From a bacterium (GTDB lineage: Bacteria; Babelota; Babeliae; Babelales; JAUWHS01): DNA of 54,463 nt. The notes beneath the pieces are model-generated. The model searched no databases, was not told the origin of the DNA, and saw nothing but the letters and a program-made list of their open reading frames with translations. How positions within the stretch are numbered: the first letter of the stretch is position 1; the number at the start of each line of letters is the position of its first letter. The stretch is from positions 1-54,463 of the forward strand of contig JBDRFY010000064.1 of assembly GCA_043818275.1 (NCBI GenBank). The letters are read 5' to 3'. The position numbers were made by a program, and so were the translations under genes. Positions 26,970 through 36,874 of this stretch are shown piece after piece.

Positions 26970-27407
26970 ATGAGAGTTTTAATTCAGAAAGTTAATCAGG
27001 CGTCTGTTTTAGTTGATGAAAAATTAATCTCAGAAATAGGCAAAGGCCTTTTGGTTTTTGTTGGTATAAAGGCCGATGATTCTGAAAAAGATAGCGATTA
27101 TTTAATTAACAAAATTTTTAATCTTAGAATTTTTGAAGATGAAAATTTTAAGATGAATAAAAGTGTTTTAGATCTAAATTTAGAAATTCTCCTGGTTTCC
27201 CAATTTACGTTGTATGCCGATTGCAAAAAAGGAAATCGTCCGTCTTTTATAAATGCCATGCCTCCCACTCAGGCAAAAGAATTTTATTCTAATTTTATTG
27301 AACAATTCAGAAAAAAATATCCAAAAATTCAGGATGGTATTTTTGGTGCTTACATGAAAATAAATTTGATTAATGATGGTCCTGTTACAATAATTTTGGA
27401 TAGTTAA
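26970..27407 (+). CDS. dtd: D-aminoacyl-tRNA deacylase
   Basis: LRIF, SQFTL, KGNRPSF, FGA.M and NDGPVT. Confidence 0.96.
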   Translation: MRVLIQKVNQASVLVDEKLISEIGKGLLVFVGIKADDSEKDSDYLINKIFNLRIFEDENFKMNKSVLDLNLEILLVSQFTLYADCKKGNRPSFINAMPPTQAKEFYSNFIEQFRKKYPKIQDGIFGAYMKINLINDGPVTIILDS

Positions 27408-27465
27408 TAGGCTTTATTTTTGAGAATTGTTAGATCATGAAATTATAAAAACATTTAATTATTCT

Positions 27466-27499
27466 TACACCGCTCAGGACGAGCAGGGGGAGAAAATTT
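27466..27499. repeat. Degenerate REP-like element (GCTCAGG family) remnant
   Basis: GC-rich CCGCTCAGGACGAGCAGGGGG in an AT-rich convergent gap; similar stretches at 2040-2111, 50699-50750 and 53091-53127. Confidence 0.5.
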
Positions 27500-27531
27500 A
27501 GGAGAAAAAAATTGAAATGTTTATATTTAAA

Positions 27532-29715
27532 TTACTTAGCCTGCAGATCAGTTGTTAAAAATTCTTTTAAAAATGTATTTCTTTTAATTGTTTTATTATT
27601 TTTTATTCCAATCGCTATGGCTTTAGTTTGTCCAAGCAGAATACAAAGTTTTTTTGCCCGTGTGATTGCTGTGTAGATTAGATTTCTTTGCAATAAAATA
27701 AAATGTTGCATGAAAATTGGGATTATAACAGCTCCAAATTCAGAGCCCTGGCTTTTATGAATAGATATTGAATAGGCCAAAACAAGTTCATTTAATTCTG
27801 CAAAATCATATTCCAGACTTCTATCCCCAAAGTTTATATTCAATATTTGGTTTGTTTTATCGATTTTTTCGATATAACCCATATCACCATTGAATACAAA
27901 TTTTGTGTAATTATTTTTTATTTGCATAACCCTGTCGCCAATTTTATAAATTTGGCCAAACCTGGAAATTTGTTTTTCTTCGTTGTTAATGGGATTTAAA
28001 ATTATTTGTAGTTCCTGGTTGAGTCGTGTTGTGCCAACAATACCTCTGTTCATTGGCGTAAGAACAACAGCATCCTTTGAATCAATATTATATTTTTTTA
28101 ATGTTGAGGTATAAATTTTACGCAACACTTGAAAAATATCTTCAGGCTCCTGAATTTTTTTGAATAAAAAATCTTTTTTTCCTTCTCCACTTGTAGTTGG
28201 AAATTCTCCTTTATTTATTTTATGTGCGTTAACAATTATTAAACTATCTTGTGCTTGTCTGAATACTTCATTTAATCGAACGACAGGAATTTTTTCTGAA
28301 TTAATTAAATCTTTTAAAATATTTCCGGCGCCAACTGATGGAAGCTGATCAATATCTCCAAGTAAAACCAATTGAGCTTTTGTTGGTATCGCTTTTAATA
28401 CAGAATTCATCAAAAAAACATCAATCATTGAAGCTTCATCAATAATTAAAAAATCCAGTTCAAGAGCATTGTCCTCATTGCGGTTAAAATTCATAATTGT
28501 TGGATTAAATTCGAGTAAACGATGTAATGTTTGTGTGTTTCTACCAGTACTTTCAAACATTCTTTTTGCAGCTCTTCCTGTTGGGGCTGCAAGCTTAAAC
28601 CTGATTTTATTTTCTTGTAAAATATCCAGAAGTTTTTTAATTAAAGTTGTTTTTCCTGTTCCTGGTCCCCCTGTAATTATTGTAATTTTATTTTGCAAAC
28701 AGGTAAGAATTCCTTTTTGTTGATCATCATTTAAACAAATATTTTTGTCCTGTTGGCGAATATCGTTATAAATTTTATTTATGTCCAAAAAAGGGTTTGT
28801 TTGTTTTAAGGATATTAGTTTTAATATTTTGTTAGCTATTCCTTTTTCAGAAAAATAAAACTGAGGGAGCGTCAAAAAATGTTTTTCATCATTATTTATA
28901 ACTTTGATTTTGTTTGTGTTATATAGTTCTCTTAACGCCTGATTAATTAAATTTTCAGATTTTGATTCGTCTAACTCTAACAGTTGGTTTACAGTTTTTT
29001 GCGCTTCTTCAAATTCGAGATAAAGATGACCATTATTTGTATTTTCTGAAATTGCATAAAGAATTCCTGATTTGATTCTGTATAAAGAATCCTTTTCAAA
29101 TCCAAGATTTATTGCAATTTTATCTGATGTTTTAAACCCGATTCCCCAAATATCATCAACGAGTCTGTATGGATTTTGTTGTATTTTTTCAATTGATTCA
29201 TTTCCGTAGGTTTTAAAAATTTTAACTGCATAGGCTGTTGGAACATCGCGGGAACGAAGAAAAACCATAACCTTGGCTATTTCTTTTTGATCTTTCCAGG
29301 CGTTAGTGATTAATTCAACTCTTTTTTGTCCAACTCCATCAACTGTATAAAGTTTTTCAGATTGTTTATCTATAACCTCAAGAGTATCAGGGCCAAATTT
29401 ATCAACTAATTTTTTTGCAAATTTAGGACCAATTCCTTTAATTAAACCGGAAGATAAATACTTTATGATTCCATTTGTTGATGATGGAAGTTTCGATTCG
29501 CATTCTTTTGCGGTAAATTGGCGCCCAAATTTTGGATGGAAAGTCCACATACCCTTTAAGTTTACAAATTCACCTTGATGTACTTCAGGAAGATAACCTT
29601 GAACGGTTATTGATTCTTTAGAATTTATTTTTAAGGAAAAAACTGAGAAACCGTTTTCCTCGTTTTTGTAAATTACTTTTTCTAGATTTCCGGAAATTTC
29701 AGTTATTTCCTCCAT
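27532..29715 (-). CDS. recD2: RecD2-family SF1B helicase
   Basis: N-terminal OB and HhH (YL.SG.IKGIG), NPY.L, TGGPGTGKT, APTGRAAKR, DEASM and HKSQGSEF. Confidence 0.95.
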   Translation of the reverse strand: MEEITEISGNLEKVIYKNEENGFSVFSLKINSKESITVQGYLPEVHQGEFVNLKGMWTFHPKFGRQFTAKECESKLPSSTNGIIKYLSSGLIKGIGPKFAKKLVDKFGPDTLEVIDKQSEKLYTVDGVGQKRVELITNAWKDQKEIAKVMVFLRSRDVPTAYAVKIFKTYGNESIEKIQQNPYRLVDDIWGIGFKTSDKIAINLGFEKDSLYRIKSGILYAISENTNNGHLYLEFEEAQKTVNQLLELDESKSENLINQALRELYNTNKIKVINNDEKHFLTLPQFYFSEKGIANKILKLISLKQTNPFLDINKIYNDIRQQDKNICLNDDQQKGILTCLQNKITIITGGPGTGKTTLIKKLLDILQENKIRFKLAAPTGRAAKRMFESTGRNTQTLHRLLEFNPTIMNFNRNEDNALELDFLIIDEASMIDVFLMNSVLKAIPTKAQLVLLGDIDQLPSVGAGNILKDLINSEKIPVVRLNEVFRQAQDSLIIVNAHKINKGEFPTTSGEGKKDFLFKKIQEPEDIFQVLRKIYTSTLKKYNIDSKDAVVLTPMNRGIVGTTRLNQELQIILNPINNEEKQISRFGQIYKIGDRVMQIKNNYTKFVFNGDMGYIEKIDKTNQILNINFGDRSLEYDFAELNELVLAYSISIHKSQGSEFGAVIIPIFMQHFILLQRNLIYTAITRAKKLCILLGQTKAIAIGIKNNKTIKRNTFLKEFLTTDLQAK

Positions 29716-29726
29716 AAAAATAATCC

Positions 29727-30368
29727 TTATTTTGTAGGTTGTGTGTTTTTTGCTTTTTGAATAGCGTCCATATAAACTTTTTTAGCTTCCTGTGTCATGT
29801 TATGTTCTATATCTGACAAAAGTTTAATAAATTCCAGACATGTTAATTCTAGTTCTTTAGCTGTTTTAATATTTGCTTCAAAATATGTATCTTGTTCTTT
29901 TGCTTTATCTTTTAAATCCAGAAATTTTAAAAGAATAGAATCTGGAAAATCTAGTTTTAAACTTTTTTCTATTATTTTTCTTATAATATCTTCGTATTTA
30001 AGAACTCTTATGATAAACGGTTTTAAAGAATCCAGAATATTGGTGCGATATTCTAATACCTCTTTTTCAGTAATATTAAATTTTCCATTTTCTTTGTGTT
30101 GTTCTAGTTTTTTCAATTCATTTTTTACTATTCTTAAAGCTTTTTTCATTTGATGTGTAGAGCTAGGTTTTATTTCCAGTACAGCATTAAATAAATCCAT
30201 TTCTTCGCAAGATAAATCGGTATGTTTTATTTCAGTTACATTTTCTTTAGTTGTTTGTGTTGTTGTTTCTGTTTGTTTTTTATTATCGATAACTGTTTTT
30301 ATATTTTCACTGTTTATTTTATTTGAAATGATTGAAATAACGATAATCAAAACTATTTTTTTGTTCAT
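29727..30368 (-). CDS. Hypothetical protein, probably secreted
   Basis: AGGAG SD, N-terminal signal-like segment, helical body. Confidence 0.65.
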   Translation of the reverse strand: MNKKIVLIIVISIISNKINSENIKTVIDNKKQTETTTQTTKENVTEIKHTDLSCEEMDLFNAVLEIKPSSTHQMKKALRIVKNELKKLEQHKENGKFNITEKEVLEYRTNILDSLKPFIIRVLKYEDIIRKIIEKSLKLDFPDSILLKFLDLKDKAKEQDTYFEANIKTAKELELTCLEFIKLLSDIEHNMTQEAKKVYMDAIQKAKNTQPTK

Positions 30369-30456
30369 TACTATCTCCTAAAATAATTGATTTTTTTCTC
30401 TTTGTTAAACAGGGAAATGATAAATTTTTTTTTAATAATTATCAAATTTTTTTGAA

Positions 30457-31938
30457 TTAAAAACCGGCACCAATTCTTAAATAAATCGTCCAGTCTTTAC
30501 CCATATTTTTACTGCTAAATGTTGCATCAGCACCAATTCCGAGTATCAAATCCCAATTTTTTTTGTTAATTGAATAATTAGTTTCGCTAAATATTTTATG
30601 TTGAATTGCCTGTGGAATTTGCGCGTCTTGTATTCTTAATTCGTGTGAATCTACCTCATCGTCCAGAATTTTTTTAATTGTTTCTTCTTCCTGGGCATAT
30701 AAATCATAACCAACGCCCCATTGCCATCTTTTATTGATATTAAAACTTACGTTTGATACAAAATTTATTATATTTCCAGGTTTAATTCTTGTTCTAAATG
30801 GTGGAGGAAAAACATTTTCCCTTATGAATTTTGATAAAACTTCTGGATCCGTTGTTAGTTGTGTATTATCTATTGTTTTATTAAATAAAATTATTCTGTC
30901 TTCATCGGCTTCAAAAATATTATCAATTGAAAAACGTATCCATAGCTTTAAAGCTTCATGAAATAAATCAAATTTTGATTCAATAAAAAAACCTAGTCCG
31001 AAGTGGCCGTTATTTCCCAGTTGGGGATTGATAAGGTTATCACGAATTAATTTTATATTTTCAGTCATCCAGATTTTTAGTTCAGCCTCACTTGTTGGTA
31101 AATAACTGTTATTAACATCGGGCAAGCTTTGCTTTTTAGCTGTTGGAATTATGCCTTCAAATCCAACATCGAATTGAACTCCCCCTGTATTAATGGTATT
31201 TAAACCTAATTTAATTCTTGTGTCTCCTAGACCATATATAATTTTATATAATTCCTTTTTATCAAAAGTTTTTTCAGCTCCTGAAAACATATCCTCAATT
31301 GTTTGCTGATCATTTTTAGATATCCAAAAGTTTCTTTCAGATGCTTGAAGAGAAGTGTGTATTTGAATATTAAAATATTTGTATGTAAAACCTGCTTGAA
31401 TTAATCCGGCTATTTTTCTTTCCTGAATTACAGCTTTTAAAAATAATGGAACTAATTGCGATAATTGTTCGGAGGAAAGACTTGAATCTTTTAAAATTAG
31501 TTCTATTAATTTGGTAACGCCTGAATCCAGATTAATTAAATTTTCAAGGGTGACATTCATTTTTGGAGTGTAGTTATAAAGCAAATTGAGATCCAGACGA
31601 CCATATTTTATAGCCGTAAATTTGTGTGGAATTAAGTATAAGACATCACGTCCTTTTGGGGGTTTTGTATGCTCCCAAATAGGAGTGTCTATCTTTTTAA
31701 GCATTTCTCTTAAAAAGATAAGGAATTGATCAGCTCTAAGTGTATAGTCTTTAGAGATAACATCTAATTCGGCTTCACTTATATTTAAATCAACATCCAT
31801 ATTTTCAAAATCATTTTCGAAATTAAATGAGTTATCAAATGAATTTTCAAAGATATAATCTGCTGATTTTAAAGTATTTAAAGATAGTCCAATAAGAATA
31901 AATAAAAAAATATTTTTTAAATTAATTTTAATTTTCAT
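30457..31938 (-). CDS. Putative outer-membrane beta-barrel protein
   Basis: Signal peptide, GLGDT, IPTA and LGNNGHFG motifs, C-terminal YLRIGAGF beta-signal. Confidence 0.65.
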   Translation of the reverse strand: MKIKINLKNIFLFILIGLSLNTLKSADYIFENSFDNSFNFENDFENMDVDLNISEAELDVISKDYTLRADQFLIFLREMLKKIDTPIWEHTKPPKGRDVLYLIPHKFTAIKYGRLDLNLLYNYTPKMNVTLENLINLDSGVTKLIELILKDSSLSSEQLSQLVPLFLKAVIQERKIAGLIQAGFTYKYFNIQIHTSLQASERNFWISKNDQQTIEDMFSGAEKTFDKKELYKIIYGLGDTRIKLGLNTINTGGVQFDVGFEGIIPTAKKQSLPDVNNSYLPTSEAELKIWMTENIKLIRDNLINPQLGNNGHFGLGFFIESKFDLFHEALKLWIRFSIDNIFEADEDRIILFNKTIDNTQLTTDPEVLSKFIRENVFPPPFRTRIKPGNIINFVSNVSFNINKRWQWGVGYDLYAQEEETIKKILDDEVDSHELRIQDAQIPQAIQHKIFSETNYSINKKNWDLILGIGADATFSSKNMGKDWTIYLRIGAGF

Positions 31939-32155
31939 CTTTACCTTTGTTTATAATCTTGAAATTCTTAAATTTTTGAAATTTTCAGATTTTATAGGAA
32001 CAATATTGATATCATAAAAAGTAAAAAAGTAAACTGTCAATTGCAAATAAAATTAACTTGTATTTAAGGCTTTTTTTTAAATTTGTAGATTATTTGTCAA
32101 ATGTATAAACTAAATGAAGCGTTTTTTTTAAAAAATATAGAAATTTGGGAGTTTT

Positions 32156-32869
32156 ATGAAAATGAATAATAAAAAAGTTTTTATTCTGGAAGGAAATATC
32201 GGCGCTGGCAAATCTACTTTTCTTGCGTTAGTAAAACAATATATAAAAGATATAGAAATTATTTTTGAGCCAACAGATAAATGGCAAAAAGTTGGAAGTG
32301 ACGGAAATCTTTTAGATTTATTTTATAAAGACACAAAAAGATGGGCTTATACATTTCAATCTTATGCATTTATAAGTAGAGTTCAAACTCAATTTGAATA
32401 TATGACTACAAAGCCGAATAAAAATTTTTTTATGGAACGATCGGTATATTGTGACAGATATTGTTTTGCAAAAAATTGTTTTGAAACCGGATTGATGAGC
32501 GCTCTTGAATGGCAAATTTACAAAGAATGGTTTTCCTGGCTGGTTGAAAGTTATATGCAAAAGCCTGCAGGATTTATTTATTTACAAGCCGATCCAAAAA
32601 TTTGTTATGAGAGATTAAAAAAAAGAGCCCGTAGCGAAGAAGCTGGTGTGCCTCTTGAGTATCTGGAAAGTTTGCATAAAAGGCATGAAGATTGGTTGGT
32701 AGATAAAAAAGATATAGGAACACATATTTCTGATATTCCGGTTTTAGTTTTAAATTGTGATAATGACTTTGAAAATAACTTAAAAATGCAAAAAGAACAC
32801 ATGTTAAAAGTGGCGTCTTTTGTTGAATCAGCTTACAAAACTGAAAAGATTTCACAATTACAATTTTAG
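32156..32869 (+). CDS. Deoxynucleoside kinase (dCK/dGK family)
   Basis: EGNIGAGKST, EP...W, FQ, ERS...D...FA and R.R.EE. Confidence 0.93.
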   Translation: MKMNNKKVFILEGNIGAGKSTFLALVKQYIKDIEIIFEPTDKWQKVGSDGNLLDLFYKDTKRWAYTFQSYAFISRVQTQFEYMTTKPNKNFFMERSVYCDRYCFAKNCFETGLMSALEWQIYKEWFSWLVESYMQKPAGFIYLQADPKICYERLKKRARSEEAGVPLEYLESLHKRHEDWLVDKKDIGTHISDIPVLVLNCDNDFENNLKMQKEHMLKVASFVESAYKTEKISQLQF

Positions 32870-33001
32870 TCACAATTGCTTTGAGTTATAATTTTGTGCA
32901 ATAATGGCTAAGTTGATGTTTTTGAAATTTATATAATATAGATTCTAAACTTGTTTTAGAATTTAACCTTAATATCGATTTTTTTCTAGGAAGAGGTTTT
33001 T

Positions 33002-33256
33002 ATGGATGGTCAAATTGTAGATTGGGTTAAAGTAGCAGCATATATTGCTGCTGGTGTTTGTATGGGTATTGGCGCTATGGGGCCAGCCTTGGGTCAGGGT
33101 TTTATCGGTGGTAAAGCATGTGAAAGTATTGGAAAACAACCTGAAAATGCTGGACTTATCACCCGTACGATGATTGTGGCTTTAGCTTTTGTTGAATCTT
33201 CAGCTATTTATTCATTATTAATATCATTGATTCTATTATTTTACGTTGCGCGTTAA
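33002..33256 (+). CDS. atpE: F-type ATP synthase subunit c (Na+-binding signature)
   Basis: GP..GQG, QPE loop and ESSAIY. Confidence 0.95.
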   Translation: MDGQIVDWVKVAAYIAAGVCMGIGAMGPALGQGFIGGKACESIGKQPENAGLITRTMIVALAFVESSAIYSLLISLILLFYVAR

Positions 33257-33285
33257 TTTTTTTGATTTGAAAAAATGAGTTTGCC

Positions 33286-33642
33286 ATGCAAATAAATGTA
33301 ACTCTTTTTATTCAGGTTTTTAATTTCTTAATAGCGTATTATTTTTTGGAACGTTTTTTATTTAAACCTGTTTTTGATTACATTCGAAAAAAGAATTTAC
33401 AAGAAAAAAGAGTCGGTGCAATTGTTGATCAAAAAGAACATGACTTGCTTAATTTGCAAGAAAAAAAGCACAAACAATTAGGTGAATTTAAAGAAAATTT
33501 AAGAGAAAAATATAAATTTGTTTGGTATCAGGAGTTTTCTATTCCAAGTGAAGTAAGTTGTGATATTAAAAAAGACGAAATCAAAAACGCTATAAAAAAA
33601 ATGAAATTTGTTCTACTAAAAAAGGTTCCTCATGTTGATTGA
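33286..33642 (+). CDS. atpF: ATP synthase subunit b'-like (divergent)
   Basis: N.TLFIQ.FNFL......L..FLFKP N-terminus; follows atpE. Confidence 0.75.
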   Translation: MQINVTLFIQVFNFLIAYYFLERFLFKPVFDYIRKKNLQEKRVGAIVDQKEHDLLNLQEKKHKQLGEFKENLREKYKFVWYQEFSIPSEVSCDIKKDEIKNAIKKMKFVLLKKVPHVD

Positions 33643-34144
33643 TTGGGAATTTTTTTTAGAAATTTTATTTGATTTAATATTATTTTTTCTTCTTGTGATA
33701 GTTGTTCATAAATTATTTGTTTTATACGCATTACCTTTTTTGAGACAGCAAATAAAAGAAATAAAAAAACAGCAAGAAAATGTCAAAGAAAAAATAAAAC
33801 TATTAGAATTGAGTCAAAATCGGTTGAAATTTCAAATTTTAGGGCAGCAAAATCAATTTATTGACTTAGGTGAAAAAGTTAAGTTATGGCATAAGTTTGT
33901 TAAAAACGGTAATGAAGAAACAGTAGAACAAAGATCAAAATTGATAGAAAAAATAAAAAATAAAAGAGATAAACAAAAAGAGCTTTTTTGTTTATTTAAG
34001 TTAGAAAAAAATGTAATTGTTCGCGCAATGGATGATATTTATTATGATTTAAGTCCTCTTCATGACAAAAAAAAAGGAAGAATTCTTTTAGAAGAATTAG
34101 TTGGAAAAATCAGCGCTCCTTATAAAGAGAATGGAACAAATTAA
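33632..34144 (+). CDS. atpF: ATP synthase subunit b-like (divergent)
   Basis: Single N-terminal TM plus coiled coil, between b' and delta. Confidence 0.65.
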   Translation: MLIDWEFFLEILFDLILFFLLVIVVHKLFVLYALPFLRQQIKEIKKQQENVKEKIKLLELSQNRLKFQILGQQNQFIDLGEKVKLWHKFVKNGNEETVEQRSKLIEKIKNKRDKQKELFCLFKLEKNVIVRAMDDIYYDLSPLHDKKKGRILLEELVGKISAPYKENGTN

Positions 34145-34704
34145 TGAAGGTTAATGTTCTTCCAGATGTTATTGCAAAAAAATATGCTGAAGCGTTTGTC
34201 AATTTAAATTTAGAAGATATTTCTTTAGATTATTTAAATAAAATAATAGCCTTAGGTGATTTTTTTAAGCGAAATAGATATGCATATGTTTATTTGCATA
34301 TTCCAACTATTTCAAACAAAGTAAAAATTAAAGCTTTGGATAGAATAGCTAATTTTTTTGATTTACAAGAAAAAATGAAACGATTAATGTATGTTTTGCT
34401 TGATAGTGATAGAATTTCAATTTTGGACAGAGTTATAAAATTCATAGAAATTGTTTATAGAAAAAGAAAAGGGATTGAAGTTTTTAAAGCGATCAGTTCT
34501 CATCCTTTGACAGAAAAAGAAAAAGAGAAAACTTGTTTATTTATAAAAAATAATGTGGAAAACAAAGTATTAGTAAAATTTTTAGTTGATCCCAAACTAA
34601 TAGTTGGTTTAAGGATTCAAAGTAATAGTTTTTTGTGGGAACGATCTATCGAAAAACAATTAAATGATATTAAAAAATTTATGCTTTCACAGGCGGGATT
34701 ATGA
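34144..34704 (+). CDS. atpH: ATP synthase subunit delta
   Basis: IAKKYAEA, S..PL and VDP.LI.G..I.......SI..QL. Confidence 0.88.
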   Translation: MKVNVLPDVIAKKYAEAFVNLNLEDISLDYLNKIIALGDFFKRNRYAYVYLHIPTISNKVKIKALDRIANFFDLQEKMKRLMYVLLDSDRISILDRVIKFIEIVYRKRKGIEVFKAISSHPLTEKEKEKTCLFIKNNVENKVLVKFLVDPKLIVGLRIQSNSFLWERSIEKQLNDIKKFMLSQAGL

Positions 34705-36212
34705 TTGAAAAAGAAACAGATCTTATTTCTATTTTAGAAAAAGCTTTAAGTGCCAAACCACAAGAAAAATTAACAGAAGTTGGAACTGTTATAAAAGTTG
34801 GGGATGACATTTGTAAAGTTTATGGATTATCAAATGCGGTTTATGGTGAATTAATTGAATTTGAAAGTGGAGCTTCCGGTATAATTTTGGATTTGGATGA
34901 AGATTATGTTTCTGTAATTTTATTAGGTAAGAATAGATCTGTTGTTGAACAGGAGGTTGCAAAAAGAACAGGGGACGTTTTTCGGGTTCCGGTTGGGAAA
35001 AAATTGCTTGGACGAGTTGTAAGTTCAACTGGTAAACCTTTAGATTCTTTAGGGGAAATTTCTTATGAAGATAAGTTACCAGTTGAAAAAATTGCCCCAG
35101 GAATCATTGACAGACAACCTATTAATCAACCGCTAGAAACAGGTATCATTGTTTTGGATTGTTTAATTCCTATTGGAAGAGGACAACGGGAACTTTTAAT
35201 TGGGGACAGGAGTACTGGTAAAACTTCAATTGCTCTTGATTCAATTTTGCATCAAAAAGGAAAAAAAGTTGTTTGTATTTATGTATCTATTGGGCATAAG
35301 CAGGCGAATACTGCAAGAATTGTTTATGAACTGGAAAAACATGGAGCACTTGACTACACAATAGTTGTTGATGCGGATGCAAAAGAACCCGCAATGAATC
35401 AATTTCTTGCTCCTTATTCAGGTTGTACGATGGGGGAATACTTTATGGATAAGGGACAAGACGTTTTAATTGTTTTTGATGATCTTACTTCTCATGCGAT
35501 TGCTTATCGTGAATTATCATTATTATTAAGACGCCCACCGGGAAGAGAAGCTTTTCCGGGTGATATTTTTTATATCCATTCACGATTATTGGAACGTGCG
35601 GGAAAATTATCTGAAGCCAAAGGAAGTGGATCAATGACGGCTTTACCTATAATTCAGACACAAAGTAATGATCTTTCCGCGTATATTCCAACAAATTTAA
35701 TTTCAATTACTGACGGACAAATTTTTCTGGATACAAATTTATTTAATCAGGGAATTAGACCAGCTGTAAATATTGGACTTTCAGTTTCCCGCGTTGGCGG
35801 TGCCGCGCAAACTAAGGCGATAAAAAAAGTTGCCAGTTCTTTAAAGTTGGAAATTGCTCAATACAATGAATTACTTGCTTTTTCTCAATTTGGTTCCGAA
35901 TTAGATAAAACCAGTCAAAAAATTCTTGATAGAGGTAACCGGGCAGTTGAATTATTAAAACAACCGGAAAAAGAAACATATTCTTTCGTTGATCAGGTAA
36001 TATTTTTATTTCTTTTAAAAGATGGTTTTCTGGATTCTTTAAAATTAGAAGACATAAGGCCGTTTGCAGTTCAGTTTGCGAGTTATGTTAAGGGTGTTTA
36101 TAAAGATATTTATGAAAAAATACAAACCACCCAGGATTTTGATAGAAATGATGATATTGCTTTGAAAAAAGCGGCAGAAGAATTTAATTTAATTTACGCC
36201 AAACCATTCTAA
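34701..36212 (+). CDS. atpA: ATP synthase subunit alpha
   Basis: GRGQRELLIGDRSTGKT, RRPPGREAFPGD and PAVNIGLSVSRVG. Confidence 0.97.
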   Translation: MIEKETDLISILEKALSAKPQEKLTEVGTVIKVGDDICKVYGLSNAVYGELIEFESGASGIILDLDEDYVSVILLGKNRSVVEQEVAKRTGDVFRVPVGKKLLGRVVSSTGKPLDSLGEISYEDKLPVEKIAPGIIDRQPINQPLETGIIVLDCLIPIGRGQRELLIGDRSTGKTSIALDSILHQKGKKVVCIYVSIGHKQANTARIVYELEKHGALDYTIVVDADAKEPAMNQFLAPYSGCTMGEYFMDKGQDVLIVFDDLTSHAIAYRELSLLLRRPPGREAFPGDIFYIHSRLLERAGKLSEAKGSGSMTALPIIQTQSNDLSAYIPTNLISITDGQIFLDTNLFNQGIRPAVNIGLSVSRVGGAAQTKAIKKVASSLKLEIAQYNELLAFSQFGSELDKTSQKILDRGNRAVELLKQPEKETYSFVDQVIFLFLLKDGFLDSLKLEDIRPFAVQFASYVKGVYKDIYEKIQTTQDFDRNDDIALKKAAEEFNLIYAKPF

Positions 36213-36224
36213 TTTTTTTGCTTT

Positions 36225-36668
36225 ATGTTCTTAATTTATCGTTATATAAATATTTTATTTATTTTCTTTTTATTTTTTGGTTGCGCGCGAAAGCAGAAAA
36301 ATATTTTTGATTTTTCTAAAAAAGACAAAATTAAAATTAATAAATTAAGTTTACCTATTCCAAAGAATCTAGATCTGGAAAAAAAAGGAGAAGATATTTT
36401 TCTTTTATGGCAGGATGTTAAAAATGATCTTTATTTGAATGATGATGAATATAAAATTACTTTTGTTGGTTATAATATTTATCGATTTGTTCATTCCGGA
36501 TTTATTCCGAAAAATCCGTTAAATAAAAAACCGATAAAAATAAATAATTTTTGTGATAAAGAGATTGTTAAAATTCAAAATAATTATTGTTATTTAATTC
36601 GGGCTGTTTTTGAAATTCAAAATAAAATTATTCAGGGACCTGCAAGTAAAATTATCTGTATAAAATAA
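36225..36668 (+). CDS. Putative lipoprotein with a fibronectin-III-like domain
   Basis: FFGC lipobox-like site; P.NL..L.W, GYNIYR and YCY.IRAV pattern. Confidence 0.65.
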   Translation: MFLIYRYINILFIFFLFFGCARKQKNIFDFSKKDKIKINKLSLPIPKNLDLEKKGEDIFLLWQDVKNDLYLNDDEYKITFVGYNIYRFVHSGFIPKNPLNKKPIKINNFCDKEIVKIQNNYCYLIRAVFEIQNKIIQGPASKIICIK

Positions 36669-36779
36669 AATTCCCTCCAACTTAGGACAAGCTGGAGGGT
36701 TGGGGGGGCGAACAATACTAAAAAGCATTGTTCATTTAGGGACGTTTTAAATTTTTTCAAATTTTTTCTTACTAATCTT
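36665..36779 (-). ncRNA. Candidate small RNA (about 110 nt) with a C-rich tract
   Basis: Own promoter (36784-36812), hairpin GAACAAUGCU/AGUAUUGUUC, C7 run, hairpin CCCUCCAGCUU/AAGUUGGAGGG followed by a U-rich tail; no ORF in the track. Confidence 0.5.
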
Positions 36780-36783
36780 GCAA

Positions 36784-36812
36784 AGATTATCAAGCCTGAT
36801 TATCCATGTCAA
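36784..36812 (-). promoter_or_regulatory. Sigma70 promoter
   Basis: TTGACA (36812-36807), N17, TAATCT (36789-36784), with extended TG. Confidence 0.6.
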
Positions 36813-36874
36813 GAAAAAAAGTTTTTAAATTTTATGCTCAGATAAATTGTTCCCAAGAATAAAGCATTTTTCAA

